Shown: in pieces, positions 1-9,006 of the stretch
Numbering within the stretch: the stretch's first letter is position 1
Layout of the letters: every line of letters begins with the position of its first letter
Assembly: GCA_040904565.1 (NCBI GenBank)
Contig: JBBDTI010000062.1
Location: forward strand, 1 to 26,835
Reading direction: 5' to 3'
DNA: 26,835 nucleotides
From: Rhodothermales bacterium
GTDB taxonomy: Bacteria; Bacteroidota; Rhodothermia; Rhodothermales; VXPQ01
Program-made: the position numbers and the translations under genes
The notes under the pieces: generated by a model
Told to the model about the DNA's origin: nothing
Database searches by the model: none
What the model saw: the letters and a program-made list of their open reading frames with translations, nothing else

Positions 1-16
1 CGTTTCGTCGTGGTAG

Positions 17-89
17 TAGCGGGGGCAGGATTTGAACCTGCGACCTCCGGGTTATGAGCCCGGTGAGCTACCAGCTGCTCCACCCCGCG
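17..89 (-). tRNA. tRNA-Met(CAT), initiator (fMet)
   Basis: Reverse complement reads CGCGGGGTGGAGCAGCTGGTAGCTCACCGGGCTCATAACCCGGAGGTCGCAGGTTCAAATCCTGCCCCCGCTA. It forms a cloverleaf with CAT anticodon, unpaired C1:U72, three consecutive G-C pairs at the base of the anticodon stem and a GGTTCAAATC T-loop. CCA is not directly after the discriminator base. Confidence 0.97.
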
Positions 90-306
90 ATGTGTTTCAT
101 TAAAGGCCGCAACGGACAGGTCGGTTCCGCGCGACGCTGGGGACCCCTCCGCATGTGCAGGCTTTCATGAAAGCTGCAAGGAAGAGCGATCGAGCGTGTC
201 TTTTGTGTTAAATAGCGCCGGCACACCGCCTGTCCGCGTGCTCATCAACCTCACGTTTAGGAGATTAGGATTCGTTAGATGCAACACGATCTCTGTTTGA
301 TTCGAT

Positions 307-1524
307 ATGGCGACACTCCACCCGTTTCGCGCCGTGCGTCCGTTGCCGGGAAAGGCGCAGGAGGTGGCGTGCGTTCCGTACGACGTCATCAATACACCGG
401 AGGCACGAGCGCTCGCCGCCGGGAAGCCGCACAGCTTTCTCCATGTGATACGACCGGAAATCGACCTTCCTGAGGGAGTCGACGAGCATTCCGAGGAGGT
501 GTACGAGCGCGGCGCATTCAATCTCAAGAGGTTCGTGGAGGGCGCCGTGACCGTCCGAGAGGATGAACCATCGGTATATGTATATCGGCTCATCATGGAC
601 GGTCGACCACAGACAGGTATTTTCGGTTGCGTGTCCGTCAAAGAGTACGATGAGGATCTTATCCTGAAGCACGAGAAAACCCGGCCCGTGAAGGAGGAAG
701 ATCGTACCCGCCACATCCTTACACAGCGTGCACATGCCGAGCCGGTGATGCTCACGTATCGTGACAGCAACGCGGTCAACGAGATCGTCGATGCGGAAGT
801 CACGTCGGAACCGCTGTTCGACTTCACGGCGGATGACGGGGTTCGGCATACGATCTGGCGCGTGACGCGTCGCGACGATCTCGTAGCCGCCTTCGCGACC
901 GTGCGCCCGCTCTACGTTGCGGACGGGCACCATCGCTGCAAGGCAGCCAGCCGCGCGGCTGAGGAAGTTCGGAGATCTGGTGAACCGGTTCCGTCAGAAG
1001 TCGACTACTTTCCGGCCGTGCTCTTTCCGGTCAGCGAGATGCACATTCTCCCGTACAACCGGATCGTTCGGGAACTCCCCGTGACGCCGGAGGCCTTCCT
1101 GGACGCGCTCGATTTGAAGTTCGATCTGGTCGTGGACTCCGGTAAGACGGTTCCGGACGAGCCGGGTACCGTGTGTATGTATCTTGACGGATCGTGGCAT
1201 ACGTTGACGCTTCCGGAAACGTCCGGCGACGGGATAGCGAACGAGCTCGACGTGGCGCGCCTCAGCGAGCACGTAATGGAGCCGCATTTGGGGATCACCG
1301 ATCCCCGCCGCGATCCCAACCTCGATTTCGTCGGTGGGATACGAGGGACGAGCGAGCTGGAGCGGCTCGTCGACAGGGGAGATGCCGAGCTGGCCTTTTC
1401 CATGTATCCCACGAGCGTGGAAGAACTGCTCGCCGTCTCGGACGCCGGCATGCTCATGCCGCCGAAGTCGACGTGGTTCGAACCGAAGCTCCGCAGCGGA
1501 CTTCTCGTTCATCTGTTCGATTAA
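307..1524 (+). CDS. DUF1015 family protein (ParB/sulfiredoxin-like DGHHR motif)
   Basis: 405 aa ORF with family motifs PFRA, PYDVI, HEKT, YVADGHHR and C-terminal MPPKSTWFEPKLRSGL; next to serA/serC as is typical for this family. Confidence 0.88.
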   Translation: MATLHPFRAVRPLPGKAQEVACVPYDVINTPEARALAAGKPHSFLHVIRPEIDLPEGVDEHSEEVYERGAFNLKRFVEGAVTVREDEPSVYVYRLIMDGRPQTGIFGCVSVKEYDEDLILKHEKTRPVKEEDRTRHILTQRAHAEPVMLTYRDSNAVNEIVDAEVTSEPLFDFTADDGVRHTIWRVTRRDDLVAAFATVRPLYVADGHHRCKAASRAAEEVRRSGEPVPSEVDYFPAVLFPVSEMHILPYNRIVRELPVTPEAFLDALDLKFDLVVDSGKTVPDEPGTVCMYLDGSWHTLTLPETSGDGIANELDVARLSEHVMEPHLGITDPRRDPNLDFVGGIRGTSELERLVDRGDAELAFSMYPTSVEELLAVSDAGMLMPPKSTWFEPKLRSGLLVHLFD

Positions 1525-1649
1525 GTCGTCGGGCGAGCACCGGCACGCCGGCCGCCACTGTATAGGGAGCTTGTACGTTCGGAGAGGTGGACCGACAGGC
1601 AGTATGTACGTACGATTATCATTGAACGATTACCCTACGGTAGACGGTC

Positions 1650-2855
1650 ATGCACGTACTTTTGGCCGACGCGATAGCTGATGCTGGAGTGGAGCAGCTG
1701 CGCGCGGCCGGACACCGAGTCCTCGTTTTACCCCAACTCTCGGGAGACGCGCTGCGTACGGCGCTCGTAGATCATGCTCCCCAGGTGTTGGTCGTACGGT
1801 CGACGCGGGTGACGAAGGATATCTTGGATGGTAACCCGCAGCTCGAGCTCATCGTTCGAGCCGGCGCCGGGTATGACACGATCGACGTGGCGGCCGCCTC
1901 CGATCGCGGTATCTTTGTTTCGAACTGCCCCGGCAAGAATTCGGCGGCCGTGGCTGAGCTTACGATCGGACTACTTATATCGCTGGACCGACGTATTCCG
2001 GATAATGTAGCCGATGCCCGCGAGGGACGCTGGAATAAGACAGCGTACGGTGGTGCGGCCGGCCTCCGCGGCCGAACGCTCGGGGTGATTGGGCTGGGAA
2101 ATATCGGTACGCGGGTATCGGAGCACGCCCTGTCTCTCGGGATGTCCGTTATTGCATGGAGTCGATCCCTGACCGACGGCCGAGCTAGCGAACTAGGCGT
2201 ACGGTGGGCGCGGCATCGTCTACAGGTTGCCGAGGAAGCGGACGCGGTGACATGGCACGTAGCAGCCACGGAGGAAACTCGAGGAATGGCCGATCGGACG
2301 TTTTTCGAGCACATGAAGGACGATGCGTTGTTCATCAATACGACGCGAAGCAGCGTGGTGGACGAATCGGCACTTCGCTGGGCGTTGGACGAGAAGGGGA
2401 TTCGAGCTGCGCTCGACGTTCTTTCGAGCGAACCATCGGCGAAGGCCGGAAGCTTCGAGCACCCGCTGGCCGTGCATCCGTCCGTGTATGTTACCCACCA
2501 CATCGGCGCGTCGACGCAGCAGGCACAAACGGCGACTTCCGAGGAGGTAGCGCGGATCGTAACGGTCTATGATGAGACGGGACATGCGCCGAACTGCGTG
2601 AACTTGGAGGAGCATTCGCCGGCGACACACGTGCTGACGGTTCGTCACCTCGACCGCGTTGGCGTGCTCGCTGCCGTCCTGGACCAAGTCCGCAAGGCCG
2701 GATGGAACGTACAGGAAATGGAGAATCTGGTGTTTTCAGGCGCCGGGGCGGCCTGTGCGCGAATCCGGTTTGACGGCGACGCACGAGGGGACGTGCTGTC
2801 GCTCATTGAGGATCATCCGGATGTACTCGCGGTATCGATGATAGAGTTAACTTGA
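1650..2855 (+). CDS. serA: D-3-phosphoglycerate dehydrogenase-like D-2-hydroxyacid dehydrogenase with C-terminal ACT domain
   Basis: RAGAGYDTID, NCPGKN..AVAE, GLGNIG Rossmann motif, INTTR, LDV...EP, THHIGAST and ACT domain HLDRVGVLA; lies upstream of serC. Confidence 0.8.
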   Translation: MHVLLADAIADAGVEQLRAAGHRVLVLPQLSGDALRTALVDHAPQVLVVRSTRVTKDILDGNPQLELIVRAGAGYDTIDVAAASDRGIFVSNCPGKNSAAVAELTIGLLISLDRRIPDNVADAREGRWNKTAYGGAAGLRGRTLGVIGLGNIGTRVSEHALSLGMSVIAWSRSLTDGRASELGVRWARHRLQVAEEADAVTWHVAATEETRGMADRTFFEHMKDDALFINTTRSSVVDESALRWALDEKGIRAALDVLSSEPSAKAGSFEHPLAVHPSVYVTHHIGASTQQAQTATSEEVARIVTVYDETGHAPNCVNLEEHSPATHVLTVRHLDRVGVLAAVLDQVRKAGWNVQEMENLVFSGAGAACARIRFDGDARGDVLSLIEDHPDVLAVSMIELT

Positions 2856-3023
2856 CGAATCGCGACATAACATCATCGAGCGTTCGCCCGCCAGAACTGG
2901 TTGCGCGCTTCGACCAGCCGTAGCCTGGCGGATCATGTGGCCGGCCGGGTGCGGCAGGTGTCGTAATCGTCTGTCATTTGCAGATTCAGACGTCGAAATA
3001 GTTTACACCCAACATAAATCCAT

Positions 3024-4139
3024 ATGTCAGCTACCGACCGCGAAACGCTTACGCCGACGAAGACGTCCGCCCGCCTGCATAACTTCTCAGCGGGTCCGGC
3101 CGTGCTGCCGGAAAAGGTACTCCAGGAAGTTAAAGACGAGCTCCCCGCATACCGGGACGTCGGGGCATCCGTCATGGAGATAAGCCACCGGTCTGCGACC
3201 TACACGGAAATCGAGCAGGATGCCAAGCGACGCATTCGCCGTCTGCTGGGCATCGGTGAGGAATGGCACGTGCTGTTCCTGCAGGGCGGAGCCTCGATGC
3301 AGTTTTATCAGGTACCTTTGAATTTTCTGCCGGACGATGGTGCGGCAGACTATCTTACCACGGGACGCTGGTCCGTAAAAGCCCTCGACGAGGCTGAATT
3401 TGTGGGGGACGCCCGGGAAGTAGCCAGCAGCGAGGATCGCAATTTTTCGTACATTCCTCCGTCCGACACTTGGGATCTGAATGAAGACGCCGCCTACCTT
3501 CACTTCACATCCAACAATACGGTCGTCGGAACGCAGTTCAGGGAAGAACCCGTCGCCGACGTTCCGCTGATATGTGACGCGTCGAGCGATTTTTTGAGTC
3601 GTCCGCTCGAGATGGGGCGCTACGGACTGATCTATGCGGGGGCGCAGAAAAACGTCGGTCCGGCTGGAGCAACCGTGGTTCTGATTCACGATGCATTTCT
3701 GCAGCAGCGCAGACAGCCGCTCCCGACGATGCTCGATTACGGAACGCATACCGCGAAACTTTACAATACGCCGCCGGCTTTCGCCGTCTATGTAATTGGA
3801 AAGGTGCTCGCGTGGCTGGAGGATCTGGGTGGTCTGGAAGGGATCCGGGATCGCAACGAGCGGAAGTCTGGAACGCTCTATGACCGAATCGACCGTACGG
3901 ATTTTTACCGGGGGACGGCGGACGTGGACTCCCGTTCGCGGATGAACGTGACGTTCCGCCTGCCCAGTGAAGACCTCGAAGCGCAGTTCCTCGATGAGGC
4001 GAACAAGCACGGACTGCTCGCGCTGAAAGGTCACCGCTCCGTCGGCGGTCTCAGGGCGTCGATTTACAATGCGTGTCCGGAGTCGTCCGTCGAAGCGCTC
4101 GTCTCCTTTATGGATGAGTTCGAGCGGAAGAACGGCTAG
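3024..4139 (+). CDS. serC: Phosphoserine aminotransferase
   Basis: NFSAGPA, SVMEISHR, LQGGAS, SNNT, DASS, YAGAQKN (PLP lysine), YNTPP, GHRSVGGLRASIYNA. Confidence 0.96.
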   Translation: MSATDRETLTPTKTSARLHNFSAGPAVLPEKVLQEVKDELPAYRDVGASVMEISHRSATYTEIEQDAKRRIRRLLGIGEEWHVLFLQGGASMQFYQVPLNFLPDDGAADYLTTGRWSVKALDEAEFVGDAREVASSEDRNFSYIPPSDTWDLNEDAAYLHFTSNNTVVGTQFREEPVADVPLICDASSDFLSRPLEMGRYGLIYAGAQKNVGPAGATVVLIHDAFLQQRRQPLPTMLDYGTHTAKLYNTPPAFAVYVIGKVLAWLEDLGGLEGIRDRNERKSGTLYDRIDRTDFYRGTADVDSRSRMNVTFRLPSEDLEAQFLDEANKHGLLALKGHRSVGGLRASIYNACPESSVEALVSFMDEFERKNG

Positions 4140-4154
4140 GCCGTCACCGGACGG

Positions 4155-4184
4155 TTTACACGTCACGCCCGCGTTCGTTAGTAT
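4155..4184 (+). promoter_or_regulatory. Putative sigma70-type promoter for the pnt operon
   Basis: TTTACA (4155-4160), 18 bp spacer, TAGTAT (4179-4184) in the serC-pntAA intergenic region; motif match only. Confidence 0.35.
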
Positions 4185-4346
4185 ATTAGCGGTCTTTTCA
4201 CGGGCCTGAGTGGTGCGGGAGAGTCCGCTTTTTTACATAGCTACAAAGTATCTCGCTCGGCGGGGTTTGAATTCGGGCTGCCGTAGCGCGTCAGCCGGCA
4301 ATGAAGCCGCCCGCCGTTCACGTACTCACTTTCTGCTCAGGAGGAT

Positions 4347-5480
4347 ATGCCACTAACCGTAGGTATTCCGAAGGAAACGGCATCCGGCGAACGTCGCGTT
4401 GCCGTCGTTCCTGAAGTAGCGCGGAAGCTCGTCGATAAGGGCTTTGACGTCGTCATTGAACGCGGTGCCGGAGAGGCAGCCTACTATGCAGATGAGGCTT
4501 ATCAGGAAGCGGGGGCACGCATAGCAGATAGTGACGCGGTGCTCGGATCGGACATCGTCTTCAAGGTGCAGCCGCCGGCAGATCCCGAAGTTCTCAAGAT
4601 GAAAAGGGGGGCGGTGTATATTGGCTTCCTGAGTCCGCTCGACGAGCCCGAGGTGACCCGTGAGTTAGCCGACAGGGGTGTAACGGCCCTCAGCATGGAG
4701 CTGGTGCCGCGCATCTCACGCGCCCAGAAGATGGATGCGCTCTCTGCCATGAGCTCGATCTCCGGATACAAGGCGGTCCTTTATGCCGCGTGGACGCTTC
4801 CGAAGTTTTTTCCTCTGCTCACGACGGCCGCGGGAACGATACGGCCGGCCAATGTGCTCGTTCTGGGTGCTGGTGTTGCCGGCCTCCAGGCAATTGCTAC
4901 GGCCCGGCGGCTGGGCGCACGCGTATCGGCGTACGACATTCGTGATGCGGTGAAAGAGGAGGTGCAGAGTCTCGGCGCGAAGTTTCTCGACCTTGCCTTC
5001 GAGACCCAGCAGGCCGATGATACCGGTGGTTACGCCAAGGAACTCGTCCAGGAAAAGGCGGAACAGCAGACCGAGCTGCTCGTGCCCCACATCGGCAACT
5101 CCGATGTCGTGATTACGACGGCTCTGATCCCCGGCCGGCCCGCACCGACGCTCATCACGGAGGAGGCGCTCGCCGCGATGGCACCCGGGTCGATCATCGT
5201 GGACCTGGCAGCTCCGAACGGTGGGAACTGCGCGCGCACGATACCGGGAGAGGACGTGACCGTCAACGGCGTTACCGTTTCCGGGCCGCTGAATCTACCC
5301 GCTAGCGCGGCTGTGAATGCCAGTGAAATGTACGGCCGCACGCTCATGGCCCTGCTGTTGGCGTTTTCCGACGGCGAGACGTTCACGCCCGATTTCGAAG
5401 ACGAGATCTTCGTCGGGGCATGTGTCTCACATGACGGAAACGTTGTAAATGAGCGTGTAAAGAATCTGCTGGCTGGATAA
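4347..5480 (+). CDS. pntAA: NAD(P) transhydrogenase subunit alpha, part 1 (domain I)
   Basis: GIPKE..GERRVA, RISRAQKMDALS, GAGVAGL, GGYAK, TTALIPGRPAP, GGNC; GGAGG ribosome-binding site close to the ATG. Confidence 0.95.
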   Translation: MPLTVGIPKETASGERRVAVVPEVARKLVDKGFDVVIERGAGEAAYYADEAYQEAGARIADSDAVLGSDIVFKVQPPADPEVLKMKRGAVYIGFLSPLDEPEVTRELADRGVTALSMELVPRISRAQKMDALSAMSSISGYKAVLYAAWTLPKFFPLLTTAAGTIRPANVLVLGAGVAGLQAIATARRLGARVSAYDIRDAVKEEVQSLGAKFLDLAFETQQADDTGGYAKELVQEKAEQQTELLVPHIGNSDVVITTALIPGRPAPTLITEEALAAMAPGSIIVDLAAPNGGNCARTIPGEDVTVNGVTVSGPLNLPASAAVNASEMYGRTLMALLLAFSDGETFTPDFEDEIFVGACVSHDGNVVNERVKNLLAG

Positions 5481-5518
5481 GCGGGACACTCGACCTCACA
5501 TCAGCTTATACGTGATTC

Positions 5519-5806
5519 ATGCTACATAACCTGGTCATTTTTATTCTCGCGGCTTTTATCGGCTTCGAGATTATTAGCAAGGTCCCTCAGACGTTGCATA
5601 CGCCGCTTATGTCTGGAACGAATGCCATCAGCGGGATCACCATCGTAGGCGCACTCGTCGTTGCCGGCATGGTTGACGCCGAATGGGCGAAGTGGATCGG
5701 ATTTGCCGCCGTTGTTGTGGCCACCATTAACGTGGTGGGCGGTTTCCTGGTCACGGACCGCATGCTTCAGATGTTCACGAAGAAGCGTCCCACCCCAACC
5801 GAATAG
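5519..5806 (+). CDS. pntAB: NAD(P) transhydrogenase subunit alpha, part 2 (membrane)
   Basis: 95 aa hydrophobic protein with LHTPLMSGTNAISG and INVVGGFLVTDRMLQMF. Confidence 0.95.
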   Translation: MLHNLVIFILAAFIGFEIISKVPQTLHTPLMSGTNAISGITIVGALVVAGMVDAEWAKWIGFAAVVVATINVVGGFLVTDRMLQMFTKKRPTPTE

Positions 5807-5847
5807 ATCACGGCCGCAAACGCAGCATCATTTCGCCCGCGAGACCT

Positions 5848-7317
5848 ATGATTCAGACATTTATCGAACTGGCCTACGTGGCTGCCGCAATTCTCTTCAT
5901 TCTTGGAATGAAGCGGCTGCAGTCGCCCACTACGGCGCGTGCCGGCAACCAGATGGCGGCCGCCGGTATGCTCGTCGCGGTCGTTGCGACGTTGTTTCTC
6001 CATGACATCCTCTCCCCAGTCGAGATGATATCCGGGCTCGTCATCGGGGGAGGGATCGGCGTACTCCTGGCTCGGAAGGTGGAGATGACGGGAATGCCCG
6101 AGCTTGTCGCCGCCTTTAACGGATTCGGTGGTCTGGCTTCCGCGCTCGTCGCCGGGGCTGAGGTCGCTCGGTACCTCATGACGCTGGAGGCAGGGGGCGC
6201 CGGCGATATGTCACCCGCCATCGCGCTGGCGCCGCTCGATGCGACGACCATCATCACGATCGTGTTCAGCGTGCTTATCGGCACGATTACGTTTTCGGGC
6301 AGCTTCGTGGCTTTCGGAAAGCTCGGGGGATACGTATCCGGCAATCCGATCGCGTTTCCGGGAATGCGTCTATTGAGCGTACTGGTGGTGCTGGGCGCGC
6401 TCGGCTCGGCCGGTTACATGCTTACCGGTGCGGGGGATTCGTTCGCCGCAATGAACCTCGAGCCGATCGTGCAGGGGGGGCTCGCGCTGGGCGGACTGGC
6501 CCTTTTGCTAGGAGTTCTGCTGGTTATTCCCATCGGGGGGGCGGACATGCCCGTGGTCGTCGCATTGTTGAATTCGTATTCCGGACTTGCAGCGGCCGCT
6601 ACGGGATTCGTCCTGGATAATACGGCGCTGATCGTGAGCGGTGCACTTGTGGGGGCATCTGGACTGATCCTGACGACGATCATGTGCGACGCGATGAACA
6701 GGTCGTTGATCAACGTGCTGCTCGGTGGCTTCGGAGGAGATGACGGAGGTGGCGGACCTGATGTTGAGGGCGCCCGCGATGACCTGACGGTGAATGAGAC
6801 GACCGTCGAGGATGTGGCGATCCAGCTCGCTTATGCGGCGAAAGTGATCATCGTCCCGGGATACGGGATGGCCGTTGCGCAGGCGCAGCATCAGGTGCGG
6901 GAATTATCCGACATGTTGCAGGAAAAAGGCGTCGTCGTAAAGTACGCCATTCATCCCGTAGCCGGTCGCATGCCGGGCCACATGAACGTGCTTCTCGCCG
7001 AAGCAAATGTTCCCTACGAGCAGCTTTTCGAGATGGATGAGGTTAACAGCGAGTTCAGCACGACGGACGTCTCGCTGGTTATCGGTGCCAACGATGTGGT
7101 GAATCCGGCCGCACGTTCGGATGAAAGCAGCCCGATCTACGGCATGCCGATTCTGAATGTGGATGAATCGACGACGGCGGTCGTCATGAAGCGAAGTCTG
7201 CGTCCGGGTTATTCGGGAATCGAAAACATGCTTTTCTACAACGAGAATACCCAGATGCTCTTCGGGGATGCGAAGGACTCGCTGATGGAGCTCATTACGG
7301 CCGTGAAAGAGGTCTGA
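5848..7317 (+). CDS. pntB: NAD(P) transhydrogenase subunit beta
   Basis: Multiple TM helices, MPELVAAFNG, PIGGADMPVV, LLNSYSG, AMNRS, PGYGMAVAQAQ, HPVAGRMPGHMNVLLAEA, GANDVVNP. Confidence 0.96.
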   Translation: MIQTFIELAYVAAAILFILGMKRLQSPTTARAGNQMAAAGMLVAVVATLFLHDILSPVEMISGLVIGGGIGVLLARKVEMTGMPELVAAFNGFGGLASALVAGAEVARYLMTLEAGGAGDMSPAIALAPLDATTIITIVFSVLIGTITFSGSFVAFGKLGGYVSGNPIAFPGMRLLSVLVVLGALGSAGYMLTGAGDSFAAMNLEPIVQGGLALGGLALLLGVLLVIPIGGADMPVVVALLNSYSGLAAAATGFVLDNTALIVSGALVGASGLILTTIMCDAMNRSLINVLLGGFGGDDGGGGPDVEGARDDLTVNETTVEDVAIQLAYAAKVIIVPGYGMAVAQAQHQVRELSDMLQEKGVVVKYAIHPVAGRMPGHMNVLLAEANVPYEQLFEMDEVNSEFSTTDVSLVIGANDVVNPAARSDESSPIYGMPILNVDESTTAVVMKRSLRPGYSGIENMLFYNENTQMLFGDAKDSLMELITAVKEV

Positions 7318-7429
7318 TCGGCCTGCCTGTGCAGTAGTCTCGCTGCCGATCGCTCCGTTTGCACGCGGCGTTCGTCGGTGAGGATCGCGTCCGAAGATGG
7401 AGTCAGCCGCAGGGGAGCCATCCAGCCGG

Positions 7430-8200
7430 TCAACTCTCCGCGCGCATCGATTGAAGTACCGGCGCAAGCACCTTCCATACATTTTCCGCGACGAGGCGAT
7501 GTCCTTCCTCGGTAGGATGGATGCCGTCTCCCTGCATGAGCGAATCGACGCCGCCCACTCCTTCCAGCAGAAAGGGGATCAGGTACGTGTCTTCGGCTTC
7601 AGCAAGTTCAGGATAGACCGCTCTGAATCGTTGCGTGTAGTCGTGCCCCAGATTTGGGGGGATCTGCATGCCTGCCAGAACAATGCGAACGTCTGGATAG
7701 ACGTCGCGGGTCTTTCTGATGATCTGGCGCAGGTTCTCCCGGGTTACGTCAACAGGGATGCCTCGGAGTCCGTCGTTGCCTCCCAGCTCGAGCACGAGCA
7801 CGTTGACAGGCTGGCGAAGCACCCAATCGATACGCCGGAGTCCTCCGGAGCTCGTTTCCCCACTCAATCCGGCGTTGATCACGCGAAAATTCCAGCCGAG
7901 CGAATCGATGCGCTGCCGAATAAGCGACGGAAAGGCATCTTGTTCGTCCAGGCCTGAGCCCGCGGAGAGGCTGTTCCCAAGAAAGAGCACCGTCGGCGCC
8001 GACGTATCGTCGTTATCAGCCGACTCGCCCGTTCGCCCGTTCTCCGGATCGACGGCCATACCGTCAGCCGGCCCGACGGACACGGTATCGGCGGTGGACG
8101 CGGAGTCCGCCGCGGAGGGTTGACCGGATTCCCGGCCGGTGCCGCAGGCGGCCCAGAGAACCGCGAGGAGGACTAGCAGGTATAGCTTGCTGAATTTCAT
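7430..8200 (-). CDS. tesA: SGNH/GDSL arylesterase (TesA-like), predicted lipoprotein
   Basis: Start placed at ATG 8200 (MKFSKLYLLVLLAVLWAAC, lipobox Cys19); FLGNSL block I, NAGLSGETS, LELGGNDGLRG, DGIHP; divergent from ybbA-like gene as in tesA-ybbAP loci. Confidence 0.85.
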   Translation of the reverse strand: MKFSKLYLLVLLAVLWAACGTGRESGQPSAADSASTADTVSVGPADGMAVDPENGRTGESADNDDTSAPTVLFLGNSLSAGSGLDEQDAFPSLIRQRIDSLGWNFRVINAGLSGETSSGGLRRIDWVLRQPVNVLVLELGGNDGLRGIPVDVTRENLRQIIRKTRDVYPDVRIVLAGMQIPPNLGHDYTQRFRAVYPELAEAEDTYLIPFLLEGVGGVDSLMQGDGIHPTEEGHRLVAENVWKVLAPVLQSMRAES

Positions 8201-8284
8201 ATTACAACGTGAAGTCGAAGATCGTCCTTTCGCAAACACGCCATCCGGAACCCCTGTTTCATTGTCGTTTGATTGTCGCGGCGT

Positions 8285-8995
8285 ATGGCTCCAGTACTTT
8301 CAGTCCACCACCTTACCAAAACGTACCGCAGTGGCACGCGCACGCTCACGGTGCTCGACGACGTGTCATTCGACGTCCGCCCAGGTGAGACGTGCGCGGT
8401 GGTCGGTCCGTCAGGCAGCGGAAAAACGACGCTGCTTGGACTATGTGCCGGCCTCGACCGCTCGTCGGACGGGACCGTAGACTTGTGCGGACACCGCCTG
8501 AACGACATGTCTGAAGACGCGCTCGCCAGACTCCGCAATCAGGAAGTGGGGTTCATCTTTCAGACGTTTCAGCTGATACCGACCCTGACGGCGCTCGAGA
8601 ATGTCATGGTCCCCTCCGAGCTTCGCGGCGATCGTAGCGCACGTGAACGGGCGCTAGAGCTTCTCCGTCAGGTCGGACTGGAAGATCGAACGACGCACTA
8701 TCCGACTCAGCTTTCCGGCGGGGAGCAACAGCGGGTCGCGATTGCCCGCGCGTTTATCAATCGGCCTACGGTGCTCTTCGCGGACGAACCGACGGGCAAC
8801 CTGGACGCGGATACGGGGGCAACGATCGAGGACCTGATCTTCGATCTGAATGAAACGAGGGGAACGACCCTCGTCATGGTGACTCATAATTTAGACCTCG
8901 CCGGGCGTACGGGGCGCATCATCAGCCTTCGTGGTGGTGAGATCGTCTCCGATGAGTCCACGAAGATCGGAGACATGCGTTCAGCCGTATCGTAA
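8285..8995 (+). CDS. ybbA: ABC transporter ATP-binding protein (YbbA/LolD-like)
   Basis: Walker A GPSGSGKT, FQTFQL Q-loop, LSGGEQQRV signature, LFADEPTGNLD, VTH; ATG at 8285 preferred over the upstream TTG. Confidence 0.88.
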   Translation: MAPVLSVHHLTKTYRSGTRTLTVLDDVSFDVRPGETCAVVGPSGSGKTTLLGLCAGLDRSSDGTVDLCGHRLNDMSEDALARLRNQEVGFIFQTFQLIPTLTALENVMVPSELRGDRSARERALELLRQVGLEDRTTHYPTQLSGGEQQRVAIARAFINRPTVLFADEPTGNLDADTGATIEDLIFDLNETRGTTLVMVTHNLDLAGRTGRIISLRGGEIVSDESTKIGDMRSAVS

Positions 8996-9006
8996 GGGAG
9001 AGCAGT

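Noticed and set aside
11-16. CTACCA after the tRNA discriminator, as a displaced CCA or integration (att) scar
   Set aside because: tRNA genes without an encoded CCA are common, only about 10 bp of downstream sequence is visible, and no integrase or duplicated tRNA end is in the window.
4200-4346. Possible glycine or other riboswitch in the pntAA leader (GGGAGAG..., CTCAGG)
   Set aside because: The CCGAAG core and the paired elements of the glycine aptamer are missing; I could not build any known riboswitch fold.
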